Of a stretch of DNA of 61,177 nucleotides, positions 40,584-50,060 are shown piece by piece. How positions within the stretch are numbered: the first letter of the stretch is position 1; each line of letters starts with the position of its first letter. Position numbers and translations under genes: made by a program. The notes under the pieces are model-generated. The model had not been told where the DNA came from, did no database searches, and saw only the letters and a program-made list of their open reading frames with translations. The DNA comes from Pelagibacteraceae bacterium (lineage in GTDB: Bacteria; Pseudomonadota; Alphaproteobacteria; Methylaequorales; Methylaequoraceae), in the NCBI GenBank assembly GCA_042090305.1, contig JBELJQ010000006.1, forward strand, positions 1 through 61,177, read 5' to 3'.

Positions 40584-42210
40584 ATACTTCTTTTTTGAAT
40601 GGCTCTAAACCTAATCTATTGAATACAGATAAAAAGTCCTCGTTAGAATTCTTTCTGTTTTCTTTGTAGACAATTAGAATTTTTTCTATCGCATTGAATA
40701 ATCTATCTTCTGGAAATGATGGACCAATTATTTTACCAATTGATGCATTTTGATTTGCAGAGCCACCAAGTGTAATTTGATACGATTCTTTACCATTTCT
40801 GTCTAGTCCTAATATTCCGATGTTACCGACATGATGATGACCGCAAGCATTAATACATCCAGAAATTTTAATCTTCAAATTCCCTATATCATTCTGTTTA
40901 TCAAATTTTTGGTAATATTCAGTAATTTTTTGTGAAATTGGAATTGATCTGGCTGTAGCAAGTGAGCAATAGTCCATTCCTGGGCAGCAAATAGTATCTG
41001 TGATTAAACCAAGATTTGGGGTGGCAAGGTTATATTTTTTTAGTTCACTCCAAACCTCTAATAAATTAGAATTTTTAACATGGGGTAGTACAAGATTTTG
41101 TTCATGAGTAACTCTTATTTCACTAAAAGAGAATTTTTCAGAAATCTTTGAAATAATTTTCATTTGTTCAGCACTTGCATCACCAGGTGGTTTTCCTCTG
41201 GGCTTAAGTGAAATGAGAATGATAGAATAACCATTTACTTTATGAGAAATTGAATTTCTCATTAACCAGTTATGAAAATTTATATCTTTAGAAAAGGGTA
41301 TTTTCTCTTTAGAGGGTTTAAGATTAGGAAGTTTGAAATATTCTTTTGTTTGATTTATAAAACTATCTTCTAGATCTAAATCTTTATTTCTGAATATTTT
41401 AAAGTTTTCATCAACGTGCTTTTTGAACGCTTCAATGCCCAACTCATGCACAAGTATTTTTATTCTTGCTTTATAAATATTATCTCTTCTTCCTAATTGA
41501 TTATATGTAGTCAGAATAGCCTCAAGATAATTCAGTAAATTTTTTTTTTCTACAAAATCATTGATTTGTTTTCCAATAAAAGGACTTCGACCTTGTCCTC
41601 CACCAACATAAATCTCAAAGCCTGTAGTTTGTTTTTTTTTTACGATTTTAATTCCTATATCGTGAAACTTTATTGCTGCTCTATCCGCGGAACTCCCAGT
41701 AACCGCTATTTTGAATTTCCTGGGTAAAAATGAAAATTCTGGATGAAATGTTGACCATTTTCTAATTATTTCACACCATGGTCTAGGATCCTCAATTTCA
41801 TCTGAAGTTAAACCCGCCAAGTGATCGGTAGAAATATTTCTAATACAATTACCTGAAGTTTGAATAGCATGCATTTCAACTGAAGATAGATCAGATAGAA
41901 TGTCCGGAACATCAATTAATTTAGGCCAATTGAATTGAATATTTTGTCTCGTAGTAAAATGACCGTATCCTCTATCATATCTTTTTGATATTTCAGCCAA
42001 TTTATTCATTTGAAGTGCTGACAATTCACCATACGGTATTGCAACTCTTAACATATACGCATGTAATTGTAGGTAAAGACCATTCATTAGTCTAAGAGGT
42101 TTAAACTCCTCTTCTGACAGTTTCCCTTCTATTCTTCTTTGAACTTGATATTTAAACTGTTCAACTCTTTCATTTATTAATGTTTTATCTTTTTGTGAGT
42201 ATTTATACAT
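40570..42210 (-). CDS. cysI: Sulfite reductase hemoprotein
   Basis: LRLMNGLYLQLHAYMLRVAIPYG, HFTTRQNIQFNW, TSGNCIRN, LPRKFKIA, CPGMDYCSLA, SGCINACGHHH. Confidence 0.95.
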   Translation of the reverse strand: MYKYSQKDKTLINERVEQFKYQVQRRIEGKLSEEEFKPLRLMNGLYLQLHAYMLRVAIPYGELSALQMNKLAEISKRYDRGYGHFTTRQNIQFNWPKLIDVPDILSDLSSVEMHAIQTSGNCIRNISTDHLAGLTSDEIEDPRPWCEIIRKWSTFHPEFSFLPRKFKIAVTGSSADRAAIKFHDIGIKIVKKKQTTGFEIYVGGGQGRSPFIGKQINDFVEKKNLLNYLEAILTTYNQLGRRDNIYKARIKILVHELGIEAFKKHVDENFKIFRNKDLDLEDSFINQTKEYFKLPNLKPSKEKIPFSKDINFHNWLMRNSISHKVNGYSIILISLKPRGKPPGDASAEQMKIISKISEKFSFSEIRVTHEQNLVLPHVKNSNLLEVWSELKKYNLATPNLGLITDTICCPGMDYCSLATARSIPISQKITEYYQKFDKQNDIGNLKIKISGCINACGHHHVGNIGILGLDRNGKESYQITLGGSANQNASIGKIIGPSFPEDRLFNAIEKILIVYKENRKNSNEDFLSVFNRLGLEPFKKEVYDST

Positions 42211-42486
42211 TTATATTTCAATTGTTAGTCCATTAATTCTTATCTTATCTCTAAGCTTTAATATTTCACCATTCTTATCGACTTCAATAAAAGTGGGTGA
42301 AATGATTATACATTTTGTTTCTTCAGCTTGGTAAATTTTTTCATAAGATTCTATTTCTTCTTTAGAAATTTTAGTAGCTTTTTTAAAATCATCTATCCAA
42401 CCTTCCTTTGAATAGAAAACAATCTTACCAGACTTTAATTCATTAGCTGATAAAAAAAAGAATTCACCTTTAAGTTTTTTTGCCAT
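42211..42486 (-). CDS. DUF2849 family protein
   Basis: SANEL.SG.IVF....W, LRDKIR..G.T; immediately upstream of cysI. Confidence 0.85.
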   Translation of the reverse strand: MAKKLKGEFFFLSANELKSGKIVFYSKEGWIDDFKKATKISKEEIESYEKIYQAEETKCIIISPTFIEVDKNGEILKLRDKIRINGLTIEI

Positions 42487-42539
42487 ATTTAAAAATATAT
42501 TATTAATTTAAATAATTTATAAATAAATACAATAAAATA

Positions 42540-42574
42540 ATGTCTAAATATTTATTATACAATAAATATTTGTA
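42540..42574 (-). promoter_or_regulatory. Second copy of the candidate cys regulatory motif
   Basis: Minus strand TACA-AATATTTAT-TGTATAATA-AATATTTAG-ACAT, 53 nt before the DUF2849 ATG. Confidence 0.5.
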
Positions 42575-42627
42575 CTATTATTTTTTTCCCCTTGATGATA
42601 CTTCTACCCATACTAATTTATATAAGT

Positions 42628-44187
42628 ATGTCTGACACTAAATCAAAATTGTGGCCTTTCATTGAGGCTAACAAGTTGTTAAATAGAATGAATAAGCTGG
42701 ATGTGAAACCATGTATCTTTCAGACTGGTTATGGACCTTCGGGATTACCGCATATTGGGACGTTTGGAGAAGTGCTACGAACATCCATGGTTATTAAAGC
42801 GTTCAAAGAAATTTCTGACTGCCCAACAAAATTGTATGTCTTTTCAGATGATATGGACGGCCTACGAAAAGTGCCGCAGAATATACCTAATCAGCAAAAT
42901 GTTGAAAAACACTTAGAAAAACCACTTTCAACAATCCCAGACCCATTTGGTAAATTCAAAAGTTTTTCTGAACATAATAATAATAAACTTATTAATTTTC
43001 TAGATAAGTTTAATTTTGACTATGAATTTAAATCATCAACTGATCACTATAAGAAAGGTTTCTTTAATGAAGGACTTGAAGCTATTCTCAATAATTATGA
43101 TAAGATTCTTAATTTAATTCTACCTACGCTTGGAAAGGATAGAAGAGAGACATACTCTCCTTTTTTACCAATTTGTAAAAAGACAGGTAAAGTACTTCAA
43201 GTTAAAATTAATGAGCTTGATACAATTAATAAAAGAATTTTATACACTGACCCTTTTACAAATGAAGATATAGAAACTTCAATCCTAGACGGTAATTGTA
43301 AGCTTCAATGGAAAGTTGACTGGGCTATGAGATGGTTTGTCTTAGGCGTAGACTATGAAATGAATGGTAAAGATTTAATTGAATCTTTTCAGCTTTCAAA
43401 CAAGATTAATAAAGTGATTGGTGGAAGACCTCCCAATAATTACACATATGAATTATTTCTTGATCAGAATGGTGAAAAAATATCTAAATCTATTGGTAAT
43501 GGTATTTCAGTTGAAGATTGGCTAGCATTTTCTCCACAACAAAGTTTAGAACTTTTCATGTTTCAAAACCCTAACAGAGCGAAGAAGTTATATTTTGATA
43601 TTATTCCAAAATTCACTGATGATTATATAAAGTTGAGTAAAGAATATGAGTCTATTGAAAGTGAAAAGAAAATAGATAGTCCATTATGGTTTATTAAACC
43701 TGAAACAAATCAAAGAATTCTGGACAATATTACATTTAATCTTATTTTAAATTTAGCGAATGTATGTAATGCCGAAAACACCGATATAATGTGGGGATTT
43801 ATTGAAAATTATTATGGTAAATTAAAAAGAGAAGATTATCCATATATTCAAAAGCTTCTTGATTATGGTGTGTCGTACTATAAAAAATTTGTACTACCAA
43901 ATAAAAAATACAGACAACCATCAGAAAAAGAAAGGAAAGGTTTTATAAAACTAATAAATATTTTAGAGAACATTCATGAATCGAGTGATCCAGAAGATAT
44001 TCAAACTAAAGTATATGACATTGGTATGGAGCTAGAATTTGAAAAACTAAAGTATTGGTTTCAAGGGTTTTACCAGGTAATTTTGGGTCAGGATCAAGGC
44101 CCAAGAATAGGTTCCTTTATTAAGTTTTTTGGTATCAAAGAAACTATTAACCTGTTACGAGATAAGTTAAATGAAAAAAAAAAATGA
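42628..44187 (+). CDS. lysS: Class I lysyl-tRNA synthetase
   Basis: WPF.EA, FQTGYGPSGLPHIGTFGEV, SDDMDGLRKVP, KLQWKVDWAMRW, KISKS.GNG, QGPRIGSF. Confidence 0.97.
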   Translation: MSDTKSKLWPFIEANKLLNRMNKLDVKPCIFQTGYGPSGLPHIGTFGEVLRTSMVIKAFKEISDCPTKLYVFSDDMDGLRKVPQNIPNQQNVEKHLEKPLSTIPDPFGKFKSFSEHNNNKLINFLDKFNFDYEFKSSTDHYKKGFFNEGLEAILNNYDKILNLILPTLGKDRRETYSPFLPICKKTGKVLQVKINELDTINKRILYTDPFTNEDIETSILDGNCKLQWKVDWAMRWFVLGVDYEMNGKDLIESFQLSNKINKVIGGRPPNNYTYELFLDQNGEKISKSIGNGISVEDWLAFSPQQSLELFMFQNPNRAKKLYFDIIPKFTDDYIKLSKEYESIESEKKIDSPLWFIKPETNQRILDNITFNLILNLANVCNAENTDIMWGFIENYYGKLKREDYPYIQKLLDYGVSYYKKFVLPNKKYRQPSEKERKGFIKLINILENIHESSDPEDIQTKVYDIGMELEFEKLKYWFQGFYQVILGQDQGPRIGSFIKFFGIKETINLLRDKLNEKKK

Positions 44188-44497
44188 TTTTGTTTATAGA
44201 ATTTTTAAATCTGATGAATTTGAAAAATTTAAAAATTCTAATATTTTTGAAGGAAATGAAATGGATTTTGAATCAGGCTTTATTCATTTATCGACAAAAG
44301 AGCAACTTAAGCAAACAATTTCTAACTATTTTAACAATAATGATAATTTGATCATTGTACAGCTACGAAGTTCAGATTTAACAGATTTTTTGAGGTGGGA
44401 ACTCTCAACCAATAATTCTAAATTCCCCCATTTTTATAATAAGTTAGAGTACAAATGGGTAAATAAAGTATTTTCTAGCAGTGAATTATGTCTATGA
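44171..44497 (+). CDS. DUF952 family protein
   Basis: D..SGFIHLST, LRWE.S....FPHFY. Confidence 0.9.
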   Translation: MKKKNDFVYRIFKSDEFEKFKNSNIFEGNEMDFESGFIHLSTKEQLKQTISNYFNNNDNLIIVQLRSSDLTDFLRWELSTNNSKFPHFYNKLEYKWVNKVFSSSELCL

Positions 44498-45552
44498 TTT
44501 ATAACTTTGTATCCAGAGTCACAAATTTTTTACCACCAGAGTTTTTGCATAAGTGTTTCATTCAATATCTAAAATATATTCCCAAAAAAAAATCTAGTAC
44601 TTTTCTTAATTTAAAAACATCATTTTGTGGAAAAGTAATTGCTAATCCATTAGGTATTGCTGCCGGTTTTGATAAAAATGGTGAGGCTATCGATGGTTGT
44701 TTTAAATTAGGTTTTGGTTATGTGGAAGTTGGTACCGTGACTCCAATGCCCCAGTATGGCAACTCAAAACCAAGAGTTTTCAAAATACCAGAGTATGAAA
44801 CTATTATTCAAAGATTAGGTTTCAATAATCTTGGAATTGAAAATTTAATAAATAATTTAAAAAAAAGTAAAGTAGAAAGTAATAATGTTATTGGAATAAA
44901 TATAGGAAGAAATAAAAACTCTAGTGATCACCTGGCTGACTATTTGAATTTGTATAAAATTGTCACTAAATACTCTGACTATATAACAATAAATATATCG
45001 TCTCCAAACACTCCTGGTCTTAGAGATATGCAGGGTAAAAAACAAATTGATAAACTCATCACTCAAATATCAAAATTAAAAAATAAAAAAAATACTTTCA
45101 TAAAAATTTCACCTGATATATCTGACAGTAATCTGGAAAATATTTGCAAAATCTCAATGAACGAAGAATTTATATCAGGTTTGATTTTAACTAACACCAC
45201 CATAGAAAGAGATATGCTTTTTAAAAAACCAGTGAATGATTCTTGGAAAATTAATGAAAGTGGAGGTTTATCTGGTCATCCTTTAAAAAATTTATCAAAT
45301 AAATTAATAGAAAAAGTTTACCAAATTTGTCAAGGAAAACTGATGATAATTGGTGTTGGAGGAATTTATGATGGGAGAGACGCATTTGAAAAGATATCCC
45401 TAGGAGCAAATCTCATTCAACTTTATACCTCTTTAGTTTATCGTGGTCCGAATGTAGTTAATAATATATTAGAAGAATTGAGTATAAAACTTAAAGAGAA
45501 AAATATTAAGAGTGTTAAAGATCTAGTTGGGCAAAATATAAGTTATGACTAA
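44488..45552 (+). CDS. pyrD: Quinone-dependent dihydroorotate dehydrogenase
   Basis: NPLGIAAGFDKNG, GTVTP.PQ.GN.KPR.F, NISSPNTPGLR, KISPD, NTT, GGLSG, IIGVGGI. Confidence 0.96.
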   Translation: MSMIYNFVSRVTNFLPPEFLHKCFIQYLKYIPKKKSSTFLNLKTSFCGKVIANPLGIAAGFDKNGEAIDGCFKLGFGYVEVGTVTPMPQYGNSKPRVFKIPEYETIIQRLGFNNLGIENLINNLKKSKVESNNVIGINIGRNKNSSDHLADYLNLYKIVTKYSDYITINISSPNTPGLRDMQGKKQIDKLITQISKLKNKKNTFIKISPDISDSNLENICKISMNEEFISGLILTNTTIERDMLFKKPVNDSWKINESGGLSGHPLKNLSNKLIEKVYQICQGKLMIIGVGGIYDGRDAFEKISLGANLIQLYTSLVYRGPNVVNNILEELSIKLKEKNIKSVKDLVGQNISYD

Positions 45553-46390
45553 AGTTGATGAAATAAAAAAACTGAGCAAAATCTATGATAAGTATGATTA
45601 TTTTATAGTGGATTTATGGGGTGTGGTACATAATGGTATTCGTATTTTTGATGGTATTATTGATGTTCTTGAAGAATTAAAAAGGTCAAAGAAAATTATT
45701 TATTTTATGACTAATGCACCAAGAAGGAGTTTTGTGATTGAAGAGCAGTTATCAAATTTTGGTCTTAAACGTGAACTTTATGATAGTGTGATTTCATCTG
45801 GTGAAATTACGTGGCAATATTTGAGTGGTAAGAATTACAAATTTTGTTATTTAATTGGTCCTGAAAGAGATTACCATTTAATTGAAGGATTAAGTTATGA
45901 GGTTACAAAAGATTTTAAAAGAGTTGAGATAATTGTAAATACAGGCCCCTGGGGCGATGATGATAATTTAGAAAACTATAAGCCTACCTTGGAGAATCTG
46001 GTTAAGTATAATCCAATTATGATTTGTTCTAATCCTGACAAAAAGGTTATAAGAGGTGAAAAATTTATGATATGTGCTGGATTGTTAGCTGAATATTATG
46101 AATCAATTGGTGGAAAAGTAATTTATTATGGGAAACCTTTTTCAGAAATTTATAATTTTTGTTTAAAAAAAATTCCTATAAAAAGTAATAAAAAAATATT
46201 GATAATAGGAGATTCATTAGAAAATGATATAAGGGGTGCTGTAAATCAAAATTTAGACTCGCTTTTAATAACCGATGGAATCCATAGAGAGGTAAATAAT
46301 GATTCAGGTGTTGATAAAGAAAAATTAAATGATTTAATTAGAAAAAAAAAAATCTATCCTAAATTTTATATGAGAAAGTTAGTTATCTAG
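45545..46390 (+). CDS. HAD-superfamily hydrolase, subfamily IIA
   Basis: DLWGVVHNG, TNAPR, SSGE, CSNPD, CAG, GKP, IGDSLENDI.GA. Confidence 0.9.
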   Translation: MTKVDEIKKLSKIYDKYDYFIVDLWGVVHNGIRIFDGIIDVLEELKRSKKIIYFMTNAPRRSFVIEEQLSNFGLKRELYDSVISSGEITWQYLSGKNYKFCYLIGPERDYHLIEGLSYEVTKDFKRVEIIVNTGPWGDDDNLENYKPTLENLVKYNPIMICSNPDKKVIRGEKFMICAGLLAEYYESIGGKVIYYGKPFSEIYNFCLKKIPIKSNKKILIIGDSLENDIRGAVNQNLDSLLITDGIHREVNNDSGVDKEKLNDLIRKKKIYPKFYMRKLVI

Positions 46391-46399
46391 GAAAATGTT

Positions 46400-48520
46400 T
46401 TGACAAAAGATATTTATAAAGAATGGCACAAATTAGCTGAGAAAGAACTTAAAGAAAAAAAGTTTGATGACCTAGTTTGGAGAACACCTGAAGGAATCGA
46501 TGTAAAGCCACTTTACACCGCAGAAGATATAAATAATATTCAACATGAAATTGGAATGCCAGGTCTTCCTCCATATACCAGAGGTCCACGTGCAACTATG
46601 TATTCTAATAGACCGTGGACTATAAGGCAATATGCAGGCTTTTCAACAGCAGAAGAGTCAAATAAATTTTATAAAGAAGGACTAAAAAATGGGGTAACTG
46701 GACTCTCAGTAGCATTTGATCTTGCAACTCATAGAGGGTATGATTCTGATCACCCTCGTGTTGTAGCGGATGTTGGAAATGCCGGAGTTGCAATTGATTC
46801 AATTGAAGATATGAACGCACTTTTTAAAGATATTCCATTAAATAAAATGAGTGTTTCAATGACTATGAATGGTGCAGTAATACCTGTTTTGGCTTGTTTT
46901 ATTGCAAGTGGTGAAGAACAAGGTGTTAATAGAAAAGAACTAACCGGAACCATTCAGAACGATATATTAAAAGAATTTATGGTTAGAAATACATTTATTT
47001 TTCCACCCGAGCCAAGTATGAGATTGGTATCAGATATAATCGAGTTTACATCTAAACAAATGCCAAGGTTTAATTCAATTTCAATCAGTGGTTATCATAT
47101 GCAAGAGGCTGGAGCAAATCAGGTTCAAGAGTTGGCCTATACTTTAGCTGATGGAAAGGAATATGTAAAGGCTGCATTAGACAGAGGTTTGGATATTGAT
47201 GAATTTGCTCCAAGATTGTCCTTTTTTTGGTCAATAGGAATGAATTTTTTTATGGAAATTGCAAAAATGAGAGCTGCAAGGTTCATGTGGGCTAAGATTA
47301 TTGAAAAATTTAAACCTAAAAACCAAAAAAGCTTAGCACTAAGAACTCATTGTCAAACCTCGGGAGTTTCGCTAATGGAACAGGATGCTTATAACAATAT
47401 TGTAAGAACGACAATAGAAGCAATGGCTGCTGTACTTGGAGGAACTCAATCACTTCACACTAATAGTTTCGATGAAGCATTAGCGCTTCCGACAAAATTT
47501 TCAGCAAGAATTGCAAGGAATACACAACTTATATTAGCCGAAGAGTCAGGTATTAATAAGGTGATAGATCCTTTGGCCGGTTCATATTATGTTGAATCCT
47601 TGACTTCAGACATAATTACCAAGGCCAGGGAGTTAATTAAAGAGGTCGACGATGTTGGGGGTATGGTTAAAGCAATAGAGATGGGTATTCCAAAAATGAG
47701 AATAGAGGAAAGTTCTGCAAAAAGACAAGCAAGAATTGATTCGATGCAAGAAACTATTGTTGGTGTTAATAAATATAAACCTACAGAAAAGCAGGATATA
47801 AACGTACTTTCTATTGACAATGAAGAGGTAAGAACTAGGCAAATCAATAATCTTAAAAGTTTGAAAGAAAAAAGAAATAAAAAAGAGGTAAAGACCTTCT
47901 TAGATAAGGTAACTCTGGCTGCAGAATCTAAAGATTTAAATTTGCTGGAGATTTGTGTTGAGGCTGCAAAAAAAAGATGTACAGTTGGAGAAATGACTGA
48001 AGCGATGGAGAAAGTCTTTGGTAGACATACACTTTCGTCAAAAACCATTTCAGGTGTGTATGGTAAATCATTAAAACAGACTGAAAAATTAAATTCAATA
48101 GAAAAAGAAATCGATAGTTTTGTTTCGAAGCATGGTAGAAGACCAAGAATGTTAGTAGTGAAAATGGGTCAAGATGGTCATGATAGAGGGGCTAAGCTGA
48201 TAGCGACAGCATTCTCTGATCTAGGTTTTGATGTAGACGTTGGTCCACTTTTCCAAACACCTGAGGAAGCTGCTATGCAAGCTTTAGATAATGATGTTCA
48301 CATAATAGGGGTTTCCACGCTAGCTGCCGGTCATAAAACTCTAGTCCCAATATTAATGAAATCTCTTCAAAAAAATGATGCACGAAATATTAAAGTCATA
48401 TGTGGGGGAGTCATTCCCCCTCAGGACTATGATTTCCTTTATGAGTTAGGTGTTTCAAAAGTTTTTGGACCTGGCACCAATATTCAAGAGGCAGCGATTG
48501 AAATTATACGGATTTTATGA
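46400..48520 (+). CDS. scpA: Methylmalonyl-CoA mutase (B12-dependent)
   Basis: [63 protein letters not shown]; TTG start. Confidence 0.96.
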   Translation: MTKDIYKEWHKLAEKELKEKKFDDLVWRTPEGIDVKPLYTAEDINNIQHEIGMPGLPPYTRGPRATMYSNRPWTIRQYAGFSTAEESNKFYKEGLKNGVTGLSVAFDLATHRGYDSDHPRVVADVGNAGVAIDSIEDMNALFKDIPLNKMSVSMTMNGAVIPVLACFIASGEEQGVNRKELTGTIQNDILKEFMVRNTFIFPPEPSMRLVSDIIEFTSKQMPRFNSISISGYHMQEAGANQVQELAYTLADGKEYVKAALDRGLDIDEFAPRLSFFWSIGMNFFMEIAKMRAARFMWAKIIEKFKPKNQKSLALRTHCQTSGVSLMEQDAYNNIVRTTIEAMAAVLGGTQSLHTNSFDEALALPTKFSARIARNTQLILAEESGINKVIDPLAGSYYVESLTSDIITKARELIKEVDDVGGMVKAIEMGIPKMRIEESSAKRQARIDSMQETIVGVNKYKPTEKQDINVLSIDNEEVRTRQINNLKSLKEKRNKKEVKTFLDKVTLAAESKDLNLLEICVEAAKKRCTVGEMTEAMEKVFGRHTLSSKTISGVYGKSLKQTEKLNSIEKEIDSFVSKHGRRPRMLVVKMGQDGHDRGAKLIATAFSDLGFDVDVGPLFQTPEEAAMQALDNDVHIIGVSTLAAGHKTLVPILMKSLQKNDARNIKVICGGVIPPQDYDFLYELGVSKVFGPGTNIQEAAIEIIRIL

Positions 48521-48523
48521 TAG

Positions 48524-48542
48524 TTTAACCATAATGGTTAAA
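48524..48542. promoter_or_regulatory. Perfect 19-bp palindrome, candidate operator before meaB
   Basis: TTTAACCAT-A-ATGGTTAAA; overlaps TTGAAA(48498)-17 nt-TAGTTT(48521). Confidence 0.65.
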
Positions 48543-48543
48543 T

Positions 48544-49746
48544 ATGGATATTAAACATTTTCTTAAAACTTTCGGCATATCTAGCAAGGATTTCGCAAAA
48601 AAAATTGGCATCTCCCCCGTATCATTATCTAGGTATATAAATGGAGAACGATTTCCTGAGAAAAATATTATTAATAAAATATATAAAGAGTCGAATGGAC
48701 TTGTAGATGCGAATGATTTTTTTTTAAATAAACAAAGTACAAATGATATTTCTTTAATAGATATCGAATATGTAGAGAAAATATTAAAAAATATTAGAAA
48801 TGGCTCGAGAAGGGATTTAGCAAAGGCAATTACGCTAATCGAATCCTCTTTAGAAAAAGATAAATTACTTACAAATAATTTATTATCAAAAATCAAAGAA
48901 AAGAAAAATTGTATAAGGATAGGAATCACAGGTGTTCCAGGTGTCGGAAAATCTACTTTTATTGAAGCAATAGGTATGTATCTAATTAATAAAGGGTTCA
49001 AAGTGGCTGTTCTTGCTGTTGATCCATCGTCCAAACAATCTGGTGGCTCTATTCTTGGTGACAAAACAAGAATGCAAAACCTTTCGACCAATAAAAATGC
49101 GTATGTTCGTCCATCACCAAGTCAAGGACATCTTGGGGGTGTAGCAAAGAAAACCCTACAGGCTATTAAATGTTTAGGGGAATATGGATTTAATGTAATT
49201 TTTGTAGAGACTATGGGTGTTGGTCAGGCTGAGACAGCTGTTTATGATATGGTGGACATTTTTCTAGTTCTATTGTTACCATCAGGAGGAGATGAATTAC
49301 AAGGCATAAAAAAAGGTATTATCGAGTTGGCTGATCTAATAATTGTTAATAAAGCAGATGGCCTTCTTGAAAAACAAGCTGAACTCACAAGAATTGAATA
49401 CAAGAATGCTTCACAGATAAGTTCAAAAACTAGAGTTGATATTAACCCAAATATTCTTACTTGTTCATCTATTAAGAATCAGGGTATTACTGAAATATGG
49501 AACTTTATAGAAAAATTTATTGATCAAATTAAGCAAAATGAAAAGTTTGATAAATTAAGAAATGAACAAAAAATTAAAAGCTTATGGGCTGATGTAAGTC
49601 TAAGATTTTCAGAATATTTAGAAAAAAAATTTAAAAATAAAAAAAAAGTAAATGACCTAGTTAGGAAAATAGAGAACAATCAGATTTCATCAGATGAGGT
49701 GGGCAATATTATTTATGACCACTTGACTAAAAAAAAGTTTGATTAA
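48544..49746 (+). CDS. meaB: MeaB GTPase chaperone fused to an N-terminal Cro/XRE-like HTH domain
   Basis: aa 1-60 FAKKIGISPVSLSRYINGERFP..GLVDANDF; then LAKAITLIES, GVPGVGKST, AVDPSS..SGGSILGDKTRM, ETMGVGQ.E, GDELQGIKKG, NKAD. Confidence 0.93.
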   Translation: MDIKHFLKTFGISSKDFAKKIGISPVSLSRYINGERFPEKNIINKIYKESNGLVDANDFFLNKQSTNDISLIDIEYVEKILKNIRNGSRRDLAKAITLIESSLEKDKLLTNNLLSKIKEKKNCIRIGITGVPGVGKSTFIEAIGMYLINKGFKVAVLAVDPSSKQSGGSILGDKTRMQNLSTNKNAYVRPSPSQGHLGGVAKKTLQAIKCLGEYGFNVIFVETMGVGQAETAVYDMVDIFLVLLLPSGGDELQGIKKGIIELADLIIVNKADGLLEKQAELTRIEYKNASQISSKTRVDINPNILTCSSIKNQGITEIWNFIEKFIDQIKQNEKFDKLRNEQKIKSLWADVSLRFSEYLEKKFKNKKKVNDLVRKIENNQISSDEVGNIIYDHLTKKKFD

Positions 49747-49772
49747 TTTAATTTTTTATTTATAAACAAATT

Positions 49773-50057
49773 ATGGTTAAAAGATGCAGTATTACAAATA
49801 AAAAGCCTATGTCTGGAAACAACGTCAGTCATGCAGTAAATAAGACAAAGAGAAGGTTTCTTCCTAACCTCCAGAATGTCTCTTTCTTTTCTGAGACACT
49901 TGGAAAAAAAATCCGTCTTAAGGTCACATCAAAAGGTATAAAAACTGTAGAAAAGAAAGGTGGTATCGATAGCTTTCTAATGTCTTCTAAAGATTCTGGC
50001 CTAAGTTCCGAAGTTATGAAAATTAAGAAAGTAATCCTCTCAAAGCAATCTAAATAA
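49773..50057 (+). CDS. rpmB: 50S ribosomal protein L28
   Basis: C.IT.K.PMSGNNVSHA.NKTKRRFLPNLQ. Confidence 0.97.
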   Translation: MVKRCSITNKKPMSGNNVSHAVNKTKRRFLPNLQNVSFFSETLGKKIRLKVTSKGIKTVEKKGGIDSFLMSSKDSGLSSEVMKIKKVILSKQSK

Positions 50058-50060
50058 AAT

